The notes under the pieces are model-generated. The model ran no database searches. It had not been told where the DNA came from and was given only the letters and a program-made list of their open reading frames with translations. Positions 49,289-58,524 of a stretch of 64,000 bases of DNA are shown here, in pieces (position 1 is the first letter of the stretch; the number at the start of each line of letters is the position of its first letter). This stretch comes from Acidobacteriota bacterium (GTDB lineage Bacteria; Acidobacteriota; Vicinamibacteria; Vicinamibacterales; UBA2999), in the NCBI GenBank assembly GCA_016789705.1, contig JAEUQR010000005.1, forward strand, positions 67,153-131,152, read 5' to 3'. Position numbers and translations under genes: made by a program.

Positions 49289-49771
49289 GTGCGCACCTGG
49301 ATCCGGCGCGCCGAGCGCGGCTACAGTTTCATCGAGCTGCTCATCGTCACGACCATCCTGCTGATTCTCGCGGCAGGCATCCAGCCGCTGGCGCGCGTCA
49401 CGATCCAGCGGCAGAAGGAAAGCGAGCTGCGCCACAACCTGCGCGACATCCGCGAGGCGATCGATGCATATTACGACCTCGTGGCCACGGGCCGCGTGCC
49501 GTCGACCGAGCTCAAGCCTGGCAATGAAGGCTATCCGCCGGACCTCGAGACGCTCGTCGAAGGGGTCCCCCTCGCCGGCGACGCCAGCGGCCGCAGGGTG
49601 AAGCTGCTGCGCAGGATCCCGGTCGATCCGATGACCGGCGAATCGGAGTGGGCGCTGCGGTCCTATCAGGACAAGCCCGACGCCACCAGGTGGGGCGGGC
49701 AGAACGTCTATGACATCCGGTCGACGAGTGGCGGCACCGCGCTCGACGGCACGAAATACAGTGACTGGTAG
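49289..49771 (+). CDS. GspG-like pseudopilin
   Basis: Prepilin motif ERG/YSFIELLIVTTILLIL (Glu+5), then a GspG-like LRDIREAIDAYY...IPVDPMTG pattern. Confidence 0.8.
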   Translation: MRTWIRRAERGYSFIELLIVTTILLILAAGIQPLARVTIQRQKESELRHNLRDIREAIDAYYDLVATGRVPSTELKPGNEGYPPDLETLVEGVPLAGDASGRRVKLLRRIPVDPMTGESEWALRSYQDKPDATRWGGQNVYDIRSTSGGTALDGTKYSDW

Positions 49772-49786
49772 GCCGCGAGGACCGCG

Positions 49787-50197
49787 ATGCGATTGCTGAA
49801 GAGACGCCCGACGATGGCCGATGGCTTCACGCTCATCGAACTGCTCATCGTGATGGCCCTCATCGTGGTGCTGTCGTCGGTGGCGCTCGTCGGCTACCAG
49901 AACAGCGTGGTGCGGGCCCGCGAGGCCACGCTCATGGACGACCTGCACAAACTGCGCGAGGCCATCGACCAGTACTACGCCGACAAGCAGAAGTGGCCGG
50001 CGGCGCTGCAGGATCTCGTGACCGACGGCTACGTGCGCAGGATTCCCGAAGACCCGATGACCAACTCGGCCGACACCTGGCAGACGGTCCCCGCCGAATC
50101 GGACCCGGCCAATCCCACGGCCGAACCCGGCATCTTCGACGTCAAGAGCGGCTCTGACAAGACCTCGCTCGACGGCAAACCGTACGCGGACTGGTAA
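49787..50197 (+). CDS. GspG-like pseudopilin
   Basis: Prepilin motif ADG/FTLIELLIVMALIVVL, then ARE.TLMDDLHKLREAIDQYYADKQKWP...GYVRRIPEDPMT. Confidence 0.85.
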   Translation: MRLLKRRPTMADGFTLIELLIVMALIVVLSSVALVGYQNSVVRAREATLMDDLHKLREAIDQYYADKQKWPAALQDLVTDGYVRRIPEDPMTNSADTWQTVPAESDPANPTAEPGIFDVKSGSDKTSLDGKPYADW

Positions 50198-50212
50198 GAC
50201 CGCCGGCCGCCG

Positions 50213-51409
50213 TCAGAAGCGGATCGTTGCCTCGCCGTAGCCTTCCTGGCCGGTGGTCGTGCGCACACTCACGCGCACGATGTAGGTGCCCGACGCGGTG
50301 TAGCGGTGCGACGTCTGCGGACCGGTGGTGGTCGTGCCGGTGTTGTCGCCGAAGTCCCAGTCGTAGGTGCGGATCGAGCCGGAAATCGTGCCGCTCGTGC
50401 TCACGCTGAAGGTGACGAGGCCGCTGATGTTCGAGAGCACCTGCACCGTCACGCCCACCGTGCCGCGCTCGTTGACCACGATGGCGAGGGTGGTCGTGCC
50501 CGTGAAGCCGAAGGCGTCGGTCGCGGTGACGTTCACGAGGTAGGTGCCAGGCCGGGTGTAGATGTGCGAGCGCGAAATCGGAGCCGGCACGGCGCCGAGG
50601 TTCTCGCTCTGCCCATCGCCATAGTCGATGCGGGCACTGCGGACGCCGGCATTGGCCGGCGGCGTCAGCGTGAAGATGATGGGCAGGCCCGTCTCGGTGG
50701 TGTTGCTGCCGCCGAGCGAACTCGTGGCCGCCACCGCAATCGCCGGCAGGTCGCGCGCGGTCACCGTGGTCTTCGCCGTGAGTGCCGTGGTGCTGCCGCC
50801 GACCGTTGCGGTCACGTCGCTCGTGGTGTTGGTCGTGAGCTCGACCCGCGCCTCGCCGGCGTCGTTCGTGAGCACGGTGCTCGCCGAGAGCAGGCCCGTC
50901 GTGGCCGAGAAGCCCACGGGCACGCCACGCAGCGGGTTGCCGCCTTTGTCGATGACCTGGGCGAGGATGCCCGTGGTGCCGCCGGTGCTCGGCACGAACG
51001 CGGCTTCGGAGCGCAGCGTGACGGCGCCGGCCGCGGCCGCGCCGACGAAGATCTCGAGCTCCTCCGACTTGCTGCCGCCCGAGAATGCGCCGACCTTGGC
51101 CGAGCCGGACTGGCTGCCGGCGATGAACCGCACCGACACCTGGCCGTTCTGCGTGCGCGCCTCCCGTGGCTCGACGGTGCCGAGCGACGAGGTGAAGGTC
51201 ACGACCGTGCCGTTTTGCACCGGCGTGCCGGCCGATTCGATGACCACGGCCACGATCTCGGTGCTGCCGGCGACCGGCAGCACGCCAAGCCCGGCGGTGA
51301 GGCGGATCGTCGTATTGGTGGGCGCGAGGAGCGGCACCTTGTCACACGCCGTGGCGGCCAGCGCCGCCAGAAGGAAGCCGACGAACGACGTGCGGGAGAT
51401 GAGTGACAT
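50213..51409 (-). CDS. lipoprotein with Big-like and two PKD domains
   Basis: Lipobox LAALAATAC, Ig-like repeats, and two PKD signatures (IDYGDGQ...HIYTRPGTYLVNVTATD; WDFGDNT...HRYTASGTYIVRVSV). Convergent with the pseudopilin genes. Confidence 0.7.
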   Translation of the reverse strand: MSLISRTSFVGFLLAALAATACDKVPLLAPTNTTIRLTAGLGVLPVAGSTEIVAVVIESAGTPVQNGTVVTFTSSLGTVEPREARTQNGQVSVRFIAGSQSGSAKVGAFSGGSKSEELEIFVGAAAAGAVTLRSEAAFVPSTGGTTGILAQVIDKGGNPLRGVPVGFSATTGLLSASTVLTNDAGEARVELTTNTTSDVTATVGGSTTALTAKTTVTARDLPAIAVAATSSLGGSNTTETGLPIIFTLTPPANAGVRSARIDYGDGQSENLGAVPAPISRSHIYTRPGTYLVNVTATDAFGFTGTTTLAIVVNERGTVGVTVQVLSNISGLVTFSVSTSGTISGSIRTYDWDFGDNTGTTTTGPQTSHRYTASGTYIVRVSVRTTTGQEGYGEATIRF

Positions 51410-51437
51410 GTGGCGGGTCGCTAACGATAATAGTTAC

Positions 51438-52391
51438 GTGCAGTTACGGGGTCAAGGCGCGCGGACCTCGGGTCCCGCCGGTGAACGCGGCTACGCGATG
51501 GCGGCCCTGCTCGTGGGGCTGAGCGTCATGGCCGTGCTCATGGGCGTGGCGCTGCCGGTGTGGAACAAGCAGGCTCAGCGCGAGCGGGAAGAGGAGTATC
51601 TCTTCCGCGCCCACGAGTACGCCCGCGGCATCCTCAAGTTCCAGCGCCGGGCCGGTCCGGGCACACTGCCGCCGACGCTCGACGTCCTCGTCGAACAGCG
51701 GTTCGTGCGGCGCAAGTACAAGGACCCGTTGACCGGTCAAGATTTCCAGCCTGTCTTTCAGACGGCCGGACCCATCGGAGGGTCGGGCGGCGCGGCCGGC
51801 GGCTTCGGCAGGACGCCCCCGGGCGGCGGCACCGGCACCGGGGGCGCCACGCCGCCGTCGGGCCTCGGCGGCACGTCCACGCAGCAGACGGGCGGCACGT
51901 CCACGACCGGACAGACGGCGGCCATGCCGGGGGCACCCGTCATCGGCGTGGTCTCGAAGAGCAAGGCCACGAGCATCAAGATCTGGAACGGTCGCACGCG
52001 CTACGACCAGTGGGCCGTGACTTATCAGGACGTGCGGCCGGGGAAGGGCCTGCCGCCTGACATCCTGCAGGCGCTCAATCAGGCGGGCGCGGCCGGCGGT
52101 GGCAACACGGGGAACCCGTTCGGTGGCGCCGGCGGTACCAACCCCTTCGGCCAGCCCGGCGGCGCCGGGAATCCCTTTGCACAACCGGGCGGGGCCGGCA
52201 ACCCCTTCGCGCAGCCCGGCGGCGGGAATCCGTTCGGTCAGCCGATCGGCCAACCGGCGGGGAATCCGTTCGGTGCGCCCGGCACGAATCCGTTCCAGGG
52301 CAGCGGCAGCAGGTTCACGCCCACGATGCCTCCGCCTCCGGGACAGACCGGCGCGTCGCCATTCGGCGCACCGCCGCCGCGCAAGCAATAG
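51438..52391 (+). CDS. atypical pseudopilin-like protein (no Glu+5) with Gly-rich insert and GNPF-repeat tail
   Basis: Same frame as track ORF 50628..52391. I place the start at GTG51438, though ATG51498 is also possible. The sequence ERG/YAMAALLVGLSVMAVLMGVALP is followed by a GspG-like LVEQRFVRRKYKDPLTG. The C-terminal ~90 aa are low complexity. Confidence 0.55.
   Translation: MQLRGQGARTSGPAGERGYAMAALLVGLSVMAVLMGVALPVWNKQAQREREEEYLFRAHEYARGILKFQRRAGPGTLPPTLDVLVEQRFVRRKYKDPLTGQDFQPVFQTAGPIGGSGGAAGGFGRTPPGGGTGTGGATPPSGLGGTSTQQTGGTSTTGQTAAMPGAPVIGVVSKSKATSIKIWNGRTRYDQWAVTYQDVRPGKGLPPDILQALNQAGAAGGGNTGNPFGGAGGTNPFGQPGGAGNPFAQPGGAGNPFAQPGGGNPFGQPIGQPAGNPFGAPGTNPFQGSGSRFTPTMPPPPGQTGASPFGAPPPRKQ
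52110..52295 (+). repeat. in-frame degenerate tandem repeats encoding 7 x (G/T/A)NPF(G/A/Q)(Q/A)PGG
   Basis: Reads GNPFGGAGGTNPFGQPGGAGNPFAQPGGAGNPFAQPGGGNPFGQPIGQPAGNPFGAPGTNPFQG. The DNA unit is ~27-30 nt and imperfect. Confidence 0.8.
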
Positions 52392-52394
52392 CGG

Positions 52395-53474
52395 TCAGCG
52401 GCGCGCCGTCGCGTCCCACGCGTCCACGACCGTGTCGTGCAGCCTGACGCGCAGCCGGCGAATGCCGTCCGCGTCGTCCGCGGCGTGCACGCGGTTCGTC
52501 AGGCACACCAGGTAGAGATCGCGCGCCGGATCGATCCAGAGGGACGTGCCGGTAAATCCGGTGTGCCCGAAGGCGCGTGCGGACATGCGCGTGCCGCACG
52601 ACGAGGTCGGCAGCATCGTGTCCCAGCCGAGTCCGCGCGAACTCGCCGGCACATCACCACGCGAGACCGCCCGCGTCGCGAGCCCCCCGGGGATACCACC
52701 GGCATCGCCGCCCCTGCCACTCACGCGGGCCATCCACCAGCGCGCGAAGGCCCCCACAGCGCCGGCGGTGCCGAAAAGTCCCGCGTGTCCGGCTACACCC
52801 GCGAGCGCCGCGGCGTTGCTGTCGTGCACGTGCCCGGCGACCATCACGCCGCGCCAGGGATCGACGCCGCTCGGCGCGACACGCGCGTGCCACGATGGCT
52901 GCACGCCGTAGGCGAGGTCGGCGCCGTGCGCGACGTCCCGCACGAGGTGTGTGAACTGCGCGTCGAGCCCGACACCGGCCGCATCTTCGAGCATCAGTCC
53001 CAGCAGGATGAAGCCAAGGTCGGTGTAGATGTGCGTCGTGCGCGCTGCATACGCCGCGGGTTCTGCCGCGATGCGGGCGAGATAGCCGGCGCGGCCCGCC
53101 ACCGCGCGAAAGTACGGCCGGTGCGCGGGAAACCCTGCGGCGTGTTCGAGCAGGTCCTGCACCGTGACGTCGGGCCGATCCGCGAAGCCGGGGAGGCGAG
53201 CCGAAAGACGCGTCTCGAGCGGCAGCATACCGGCGGCGTGCGCTCGCAGCGCGAGTGTCGTCGTGGCGAGCACCTTGGTGAGCGATGCCAGGTCGTAGAT
53301 CGTGTCCGCTACGACGGTGGCCGCGTCTGCTGCGTAGGTGAGGTGCCCCGCAGCCACGGTGCAGACCGGGCCGGCGCTCGTACCGGTCTCGATGACGCCG
53401 CCGGGCGTCACGCGTGCGGTGACCGCGTCGGCAAGTACGGCGCTTACCAGATCCGGCAGGGCCACGGACGTCAT
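52395..53474 (-). CDS. beta-lactamase-fold serine hydrolase
   Basis: SxxK motif (DLASLTKVLATT), a YTDLG region and HTGFTGTS (KTG-like). The start is the internal ATG, with a 4-nt overlap onto the upstream transporter gene. Confidence 0.75.
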   Translation of the reverse strand: MTSVALPDLVSAVLADAVTARVTPGGVIETGTSAGPVCTVAAGHLTYAADAATVVADTIYDLASLTKVLATTTLALRAHAAGMLPLETRLSARLPGFADRPDVTVQDLLEHAAGFPAHRPYFRAVAGRAGYLARIAAEPAAYAARTTHIYTDLGFILLGLMLEDAAGVGLDAQFTHLVRDVAHGADLAYGVQPSWHARVAPSGVDPWRGVMVAGHVHDSNAAALAGVAGHAGLFGTAGAVGAFARWWMARVSGRGGDAGGIPGGLATRAVSRGDVPASSRGLGWDTMLPTSSCGTRMSARAFGHTGFTGTSLWIDPARDLYLVCLTNRVHAADDADGIRRLRVRLHDTVVDAWDATARR

Positions 53475-54898
53475 CCGCGCACGGGGGCCACGCGGGAGAG
53501 CGCCCACGCCGTGGCGACAGTCGTGGTGGCGCCGATAAAGACGTACCACGTGAAGGCGGTCGCGGTGAGCCCCCACACCGCGGTCATCACCGCGAGTCCG
53601 GCCACCATGCCCACGAAGGCGTCACGTTCGCCCACCGACGGCATCCGCGTGGCGAGCAGAAACGCGCCGAGCACCGAGCCCGACGCGAACGACAGCACGG
53701 CCAGGCCGGCATCGAGCACCGAGCGGTCCATGAGCTGCGCGCCGAGGGCGATGGCCACCTGCACGACGCCCCAGCCGATCGTGATGCGGCGCGACAGGCG
53801 GAGCAGCGCCGTCTCGTCGAGATCGCGGTGCGTGCGCGGCTTGTAGAAGTCGTTGATGGTCGTGGCGGCCATCGCGTTCAGCGACGGCGAGAGCGCGGCG
53901 GCCACGATGGCCGCCACGATGAAGCCGGCGATGCCCGACGGCAGATAGTTGACGACGAAGTGCGGCAGCACCTGGTCGGTGCGCGCGAGCGGGGCCTCGA
54001 GCGGCACGTGCTGGTGGAACGTGAAGAGCATGATGCCGATGAGCAGGAACAGGATGAACTGCACGAAGACGACGACGCCGCTCAGCACGAGCCCCGTGGC
54101 CGCGGCCCTGGCACTCGTCGCCGCCAGCAGGCGCTGCACCAGGAACTGGTCGGTGCCGTGGGTGGCGAGGGTCAGGGCGACGCCGCCGAGCAGCCCCGTC
54201 CAGATCGTGTAGACGGCCGTGGGATCGGTGGACGCATTGAAGAACGCGAACTTGCCGGCCGCCGTGCCGGCGCGCACGACTTCATCCCAGCCGCCGGGAA
54301 TGTGCCCGAGCAGGGCGACCGCCACGAGGCCGGCGCCCGCCGCATAGATGAACATCTGCACCACGTCCGTCCAGATGACGGCGGCAGCCCCGCCGCGCAC
54401 GGTGTAGACGATCATGATGACGCCGACGATGAGCGTGGACCACGCCGTCGGCACGCCGGTGACCACGCTGATGACGATCGACGTCGCGAAGAGGCGGATG
54501 CCGTCGGCGAGCGAGCGCGTCACGAGGAAGAGCCCGGCCGAGAGTGTCGTGACGCGACGGCCGAACCGCCGCTGCAGCAGCTCGTACGACGTGACGAGAT
54601 CGCCGCGGAAGTAGGCCGGGATGAAGAGCACACTGACGAGCAGGCGGCCGATGACGTAGCCGAGCGCCAACTGCAGGAACGTCATGTTGCCCGCATACGC
54701 CGTCGCCGGGATGCCGATGAAGGTGAGCGTGCTCGTTTCGGTGGCCACGACCGTGCAGCACACGGCCCACCACGGCACGGAATGGCCGCTCAGGAAGTAG
54801 TCGCGTGTCGTGTGCTGGAAGCGGCCGAACCACGACCCGAAGGCCGTGATGGCCACGAGATACGCGACGATGACGGCGTAGTCGAGCGGGGCGAGCAC
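53471..54898 (-). CDS. sodium:solute symporter (SSS) family transporter
   Basis: 475 aa with ~13 TM helices and the N-terminal DYAVIVAYLV...DYFLSGHSVPWW pattern typical of SSS. Confidence 0.85.
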   Translation of the reverse strand: MLAPLDYAVIVAYLVAITAFGSWFGRFQHTTRDYFLSGHSVPWWAVCCTVVATETSTLTFIGIPATAYAGNMTFLQLALGYVIGRLLVSVLFIPAYFRGDLVTSYELLQRRFGRRVTTLSAGLFLVTRSLADGIRLFATSIVISVVTGVPTAWSTLIVGVIMIVYTVRGGAAAVIWTDVVQMFIYAAGAGLVAVALLGHIPGGWDEVVRAGTAAGKFAFFNASTDPTAVYTIWTGLLGGVALTLATHGTDQFLVQRLLAATSARAAATGLVLSGVVVFVQFILFLLIGIMLFTFHQHVPLEAPLARTDQVLPHFVVNYLPSGIAGFIVAAIVAAALSPSLNAMAATTINDFYKPRTHRDLDETALLRLSRRITIGWGVVQVAIALGAQLMDRSVLDAGLAVLSFASGSVLGAFLLATRMPSVGERDAFVGMVAGLAVMTAVWGLTATAFTWYVFIGATTTVATAWALSRVAPVRG

Positions 54899-54919
54899 GC
54901 GCCAGTATAAGCTTCAGAG

Positions 54920-55876
54920 GTGCACGTACTCGGGATCGACGCGGGGGGAAGCAAGACCGTGGCCTGGCTGGCTGACGCCGACGGCCGCGTGGTGGGCGAG
55001 GGGCGGGGCGGCGGCGCCAACCTGCACAGCGCCGGTGAGCTCGCCACCGAGAAGGCGCTCTACGACGTGATGCACGCCGCGCTCGGCGAGCACGACTCGA
55101 TGCCGGCGGCGGTGTGCGTCGGGATGGCCGGCATGGACCGGCCCGACGATGAAGCCATCGTGCGCGGCATCCTCCGGCGCCTGGGCTGCCGCGGGCAGGT
55201 CGTGGCCGTGAATGACGCCCACATCGCGCTCGTCGCCGGCGCCGATGACGACCCGGGCGTTGTGGTCATCGCCGGCACGGGCTCGATCGCGTATGGCATC
55301 GGGCCTGCGCACACGGCCGCGCGCGCCGGCGGCTGGGGCGAGGTCTACGGCGACGAAGGCTCGGCCTTCTGGGTCGGGGCGAAGGCGCTGGCCGCCGTCG
55401 TGCGCGCGGCCGACCGGCGAGGCCCGGCCACGGCGCTCTCGACGCTCGTGTTGCGCCACGCCGACACCGATCGCATCGACGGCCTCGTGCGCCAGGTGCA
55501 CACACGGCCGGATCGCCGGCAGATGATCGCCGCCATGGCCGGCCTCGTGGCGAAAGCCGACGCGGACGGGGATGCGGTCGCGGGAGAGATCCTGCGTGCG
55601 GCCGCCATGGAACTCCTCACCGCCGCCCGCTCCGTCATCGAACAACTCGGGATGCGCGGCGAACGCTTCCATGTCGTGCTCTCGGGTGGACTCTTCAAGA
55701 TGGCGCCGGTGCTCGCGTCGATGCTCGAAGCGCTCGTCGCGGACCTTGCGCCCAGAGCGCGGGTCGGCGTGCTCACCGATGAACCGGCGCTCGGCGCCGT
55801 GCGGCTCGCGCTCAAGGCCTCGCGCGGCCAGTTGCGGCTCCCGGTGTATGCCGGCGCGCCTCCGGGACGGTCATGA
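54920..55876 (+). CDS. BadF/BadG/BcrA/BcrD-type ATPase, probable GlcNAc/MurNAc kinase
   Basis: GTG start. LGIDAGGSKT phosphate-1 motif and a GTGSIAYG motif. The assignment also rests on context next to nagB and murQ. Confidence 0.75.
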   Translation: MHVLGIDAGGSKTVAWLADADGRVVGEGRGGGANLHSAGELATEKALYDVMHAALGEHDSMPAAVCVGMAGMDRPDDEAIVRGILRRLGCRGQVVAVNDAHIALVAGADDDPGVVVIAGTGSIAYGIGPAHTAARAGGWGEVYGDEGSAFWVGAKALAAVVRAADRRGPATALSTLVLRHADTDRIDGLVRQVHTRPDRRQMIAAMAGLVAKADADGDAVAGEILRAAAMELLTAARSVIEQLGMRGERFHVVLSGGLFKMAPVLASMLEALVADLAPRARVGVLTDEPALGAVRLALKASRGQLRLPVYAGAPPGRS

Positions 55877-56598
55877 CCCTGCATCTCGTGGATGATCACG
55901 ACGCCGCCACCGCGTGCGTCACGACCCTCGTGTCGTCGGCGATTCGCGCCACGCCGTCCCTCGTGCTGGGCCTGCCGACGGGGCGCACGCCCATGGGCCT
56001 CTACCGGGCGCTGCGCACGGCGGGGCTCGACTGGTCGCGCGTGCGCACGTTCAACCTCGACGAGTTCGCGACGCTCACGCCGGACCATCCCGGCTCGTTC
56101 CGCGCCTTCATGGACGAGCACCTGTTCCGTCACGTGAACCTCGCGCCGGCGTCCATCGGATTCCTGCGCGGCGATGCCGCGGATGACGCGGCCGAGTGCG
56201 CGCGTTACGAGGTAGCGATTGCCGCGGCCGGCGGCATCGACCTGCTGCTCGTCGGACTGGGCGGGAACGGGCACATCGGCTTCAACGAGCCCGGGGAATC
56301 GCTGCGGGCCGAGACCCATGTGGTGCCGCTGCACGAGTCGACGCGGCGGGCGAACGCCGAGCGCTTCGGCGGCGATTGGCGCGCCGTGCCGGCGTCGGCG
56401 CTCACGATGGGCATGCGCCAGGTGCTGTCGGCGCGGCGCGTGGTGATGATGGCGACGGGGGCGTCGAAGGCCGAGGCGGTGGCGGCGATGCTCGACGGGC
56501 CGTTGACCACGCGCTGCCCGGCCTCGTGGCTGCAGGCGCATCCGGACGCGACGTTCGTGCTCGACCGCGCGGCGGTGAGCGCGCGTCGCGCCGGTTAG
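55873..56598 (+). CDS. nagB: glucosamine-6-phosphate deaminase
   Basis: 241 aa with LGLPTGRTPMGLY, FNLDEF and LLLVGLGGNGHIGFNEPG motifs. Confidence 0.8.
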   Translation: MTLHLVDDHDAATACVTTLVSSAIRATPSLVLGLPTGRTPMGLYRALRTAGLDWSRVRTFNLDEFATLTPDHPGSFRAFMDEHLFRHVNLAPASIGFLRGDAADDAAECARYEVAIAAAGGIDLLLVGLGGNGHIGFNEPGESLRAETHVVPLHESTRRANAERFGGDWRAVPASALTMGMRQVLSARRVVMMATGASKAEAVAAMLDGPLTTRCPASWLQAHPDATFVLDRAAVSARRAG

Positions 56599-57548
56599 CT
56601 CTTCGACGCGCCGTCGAGCAGCGCGCGCAGCCGCGGCTCGATGTCTTCGCCGATGGCGTCACGCAGGCGGTCGTGCGTCTTGCGCAGGCGGCTCAGCGCC
56701 TTCTGGTAGGGCAGGCCGGTCTTCTGCATCACGATGGCCGCCTTCACGTTCCAGTGCGCGCGCTTGAGCAGCGCCTCGGTGGCCTCCATCTCGAGGCCGG
56801 TCACGATGTGCACCATGCGGCGGGCGCGGTCGCGCAGCTTGTCGGAGCCGGTGCGCACGTCGACCATCAGGTTGCCGTACGTCTTGCCGATGAGCACCAT
56901 CGCCGACGTCGTGAGCGTGTTCAGCACGAGCTTGGTGGCGGTGCCGGCCTTGAGGCGCGTCGACCCGGCGATGACTTCGGGGCCGACCGCGGGCGCAATC
57001 GTGAGGTCGACGAAACTCTGGAGTTCGGTGCGCGGATCGCAGGTGACGAAGATGATGCGGGCCCCGGCGCCACGGGCGCACGTGAGGGCGCCGCGCACGA
57101 ATGGCGTCATGCCGCTCGCCGACACGCCGACGACGACGTCGCGTTTGCCGGGCGTGAGGCGTTTGGTGGCCCGCGCGCCTTCTTCGTAGTCGTCTTCCGC
57201 GCCTTCCTTCGCGCGCAGGATGGCCGTTTTGCCGCCGGCCATGATCGCCTGCACGAGTTCCGGATCGGTGCCGAACGTGGGGGGCATCTCGGCCGCTTCG
57301 ACGACGCCCAGACGGCCGCTCGTGCCGGCGCCCACGAAGATCACCCGGCCGCCCTTGCTGAGCGCCTTGGCGAGCATGTCGGCGCCTACCGCGATGCGGT
57401 CGCGTTCGCGCTGCACGGCGGCGAGCACCTTGCGGTCCTCCGCCAGCATGAGGTCGACGACGCCGGTCGCCGGCTGTTTGTCGATGGCCAGCGTCGCGGG
57501 GTTGATGGCTTCCGTCGGCAGCGACTGCCACTTCGAGGATTGGGACAT
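56595..57548 (-). CDS. murQ: N-acetylmuramic acid 6-phosphate etherase
   Basis: SIS domain with GGRVIFVGAGTSGRLGVVEAAEMPPTFG and STRLKAGTATKLVLN. The start is the internal ATG (MSQSSKW). Confidence 0.9.
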   Translation of the reverse strand: MSQSSKWQSLPTEAINPATLAIDKQPATGVVDLMLAEDRKVLAAVQRERDRIAVGADMLAKALSKGGRVIFVGAGTSGRLGVVEAAEMPPTFGTDPELVQAIMAGGKTAILRAKEGAEDDYEEGARATKRLTPGKRDVVVGVSASGMTPFVRGALTCARGAGARIIFVTCDPRTELQSFVDLTIAPAVGPEVIAGSTRLKAGTATKLVLNTLTTSAMVLIGKTYGNLMVDVRTGSDKLRDRARRMVHIVTGLEMEATEALLKRAHWNVKAAIVMQKTGLPYQKALSRLRKTHDRLRDAIGEDIEPRLRALLDGASKS

Positions 57549-57645
57549 GGGGTGCTCGGCGCGTCGAACGCCAACCCCGCATGCTAGTCCCGCCTTTGGA
57601 CGGGTGTCAACGAAGGGCGGAGCGGCGCGTACAATACCGGCAGTC

Positions 57646-58524
57646 GTGTCGTCCATCGATCGGTATCTGGCGCATCTCGAACTCGAGCGCCGCGTGTCAC
57701 CGCATACACGCGACGCCTACGCGCTCGATCTCGGCAAGCTCGCAGCCTTTGCCGCCGGCGAGGGCGCCGCCGTCGAGCGTCTGACGCTCGACGCGCTCGA
57801 ACGTTTCGTGCGCACGCTCATGTCCGAGGGGCGCTCACCGCGTTCGGTGGGCCGGCTCGTGGCCGCCGTGCGCGGCTACTACCGTTTTACGTCAGCAGCG
57901 CAGGGCACGGAGAACCCGGCATCGGACCTGCAGGCGCCGCGCGCCTGGAAAGCGCTGCCGAAGTTCCTCACCGTGGACGAAGTGGACGCGCTGTTGCACG
58001 CGCCCGACGTGACCGAGCCGCGCGGACTGCGCGACCGCGCCTTGCTCGAACTCCTCTACGCGACGGGCCTGCGTGTGACCGAACTGCTCGGGCTCACGCT
58101 GGCGCAGGTGGATCTCGACGGCGGCGTCGTGACGACGATGGGGAAGGGCCGCAAGGAGCGCGTCGTGCCGATGGGCGACGAGGCCGTGCGGTGGATCCGC
58201 CGCTACGTGACCGAGGCGCGCGGCACGCTCGCTGCCGGGCGGCCGCAGCCGCGGCTCTTCGTGAACGCGCGTGGCGGGCCGCTCTCGCGCATGGGGTTCT
58301 GGAAGATCCTGCGCGCCTACGGGCTCGCGGCCGGGCTGATCCGCGCCATCTCACCGCATGTGCTGCGGCATTCCTTCGCCACGCACCTGCTCGAACGCGG
58401 CGCCGACCTGCGGGCCATCCAGATGATGCTCGGTCACGCCGACCTCTCGACCACGCAGATCTACACCCACGTGCTCGACGAGCGCCTGCGTGCCGTCTAC
58501 GAACGCTTCCATCCGCGCGCATGA
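57646..58524 (+). CDS. xerD: tyrosine recombinase XerD/XerC type
   Basis: GTG57646, inside track ORF 57220..58524. Has an SSIDRYLAHLELERRVSPHTRDAY N-domain and the catalytic residues R...HVLRHSFATHLL...LGHADLSTTQIYTHV. Confidence 0.88.
   Translation: MSSIDRYLAHLELERRVSPHTRDAYALDLGKLAAFAAGEGAAVERLTLDALERFVRTLMSEGRSPRSVGRLVAAVRGYYRFTSAAQGTENPASDLQAPRAWKALPKFLTVDEVDALLHAPDVTEPRGLRDRALLELLYATGLRVTELLGLTLAQVDLDGGVVTTMGKGRKERVVPMGDEAVRWIRRYVTEARGTLAAGRPQPRLFVNARGGPLSRMGFWKILRAYGLAAGLIRAISPHVLRHSFATHLLERGADLRAIQMMLGHADLSTTQIYTHVLDERLRAVYERFHPRA

Noticed and set aside
52110-52295. Tandem DNA repeats that might be mistaken for a CRISPR or VNTR locus
   Set aside because: The units are about 27-30 nt, imperfect, contiguous with no spacers, and stay in frame within a CDS. 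They encode GNPF peptide repeats and are reported as a protein feature instead.
57646-58524. A tyrosine recombinase as a marker of an integrated mobile element
   Set aside because: The sequence has XerC/XerD-type N- and C-domains. It sits among housekeeping genes with no att-like repeats, no tRNA, no phage or transposon genes and no GC shift. I take it to be the chromosomal dimer-resolution recombinase.
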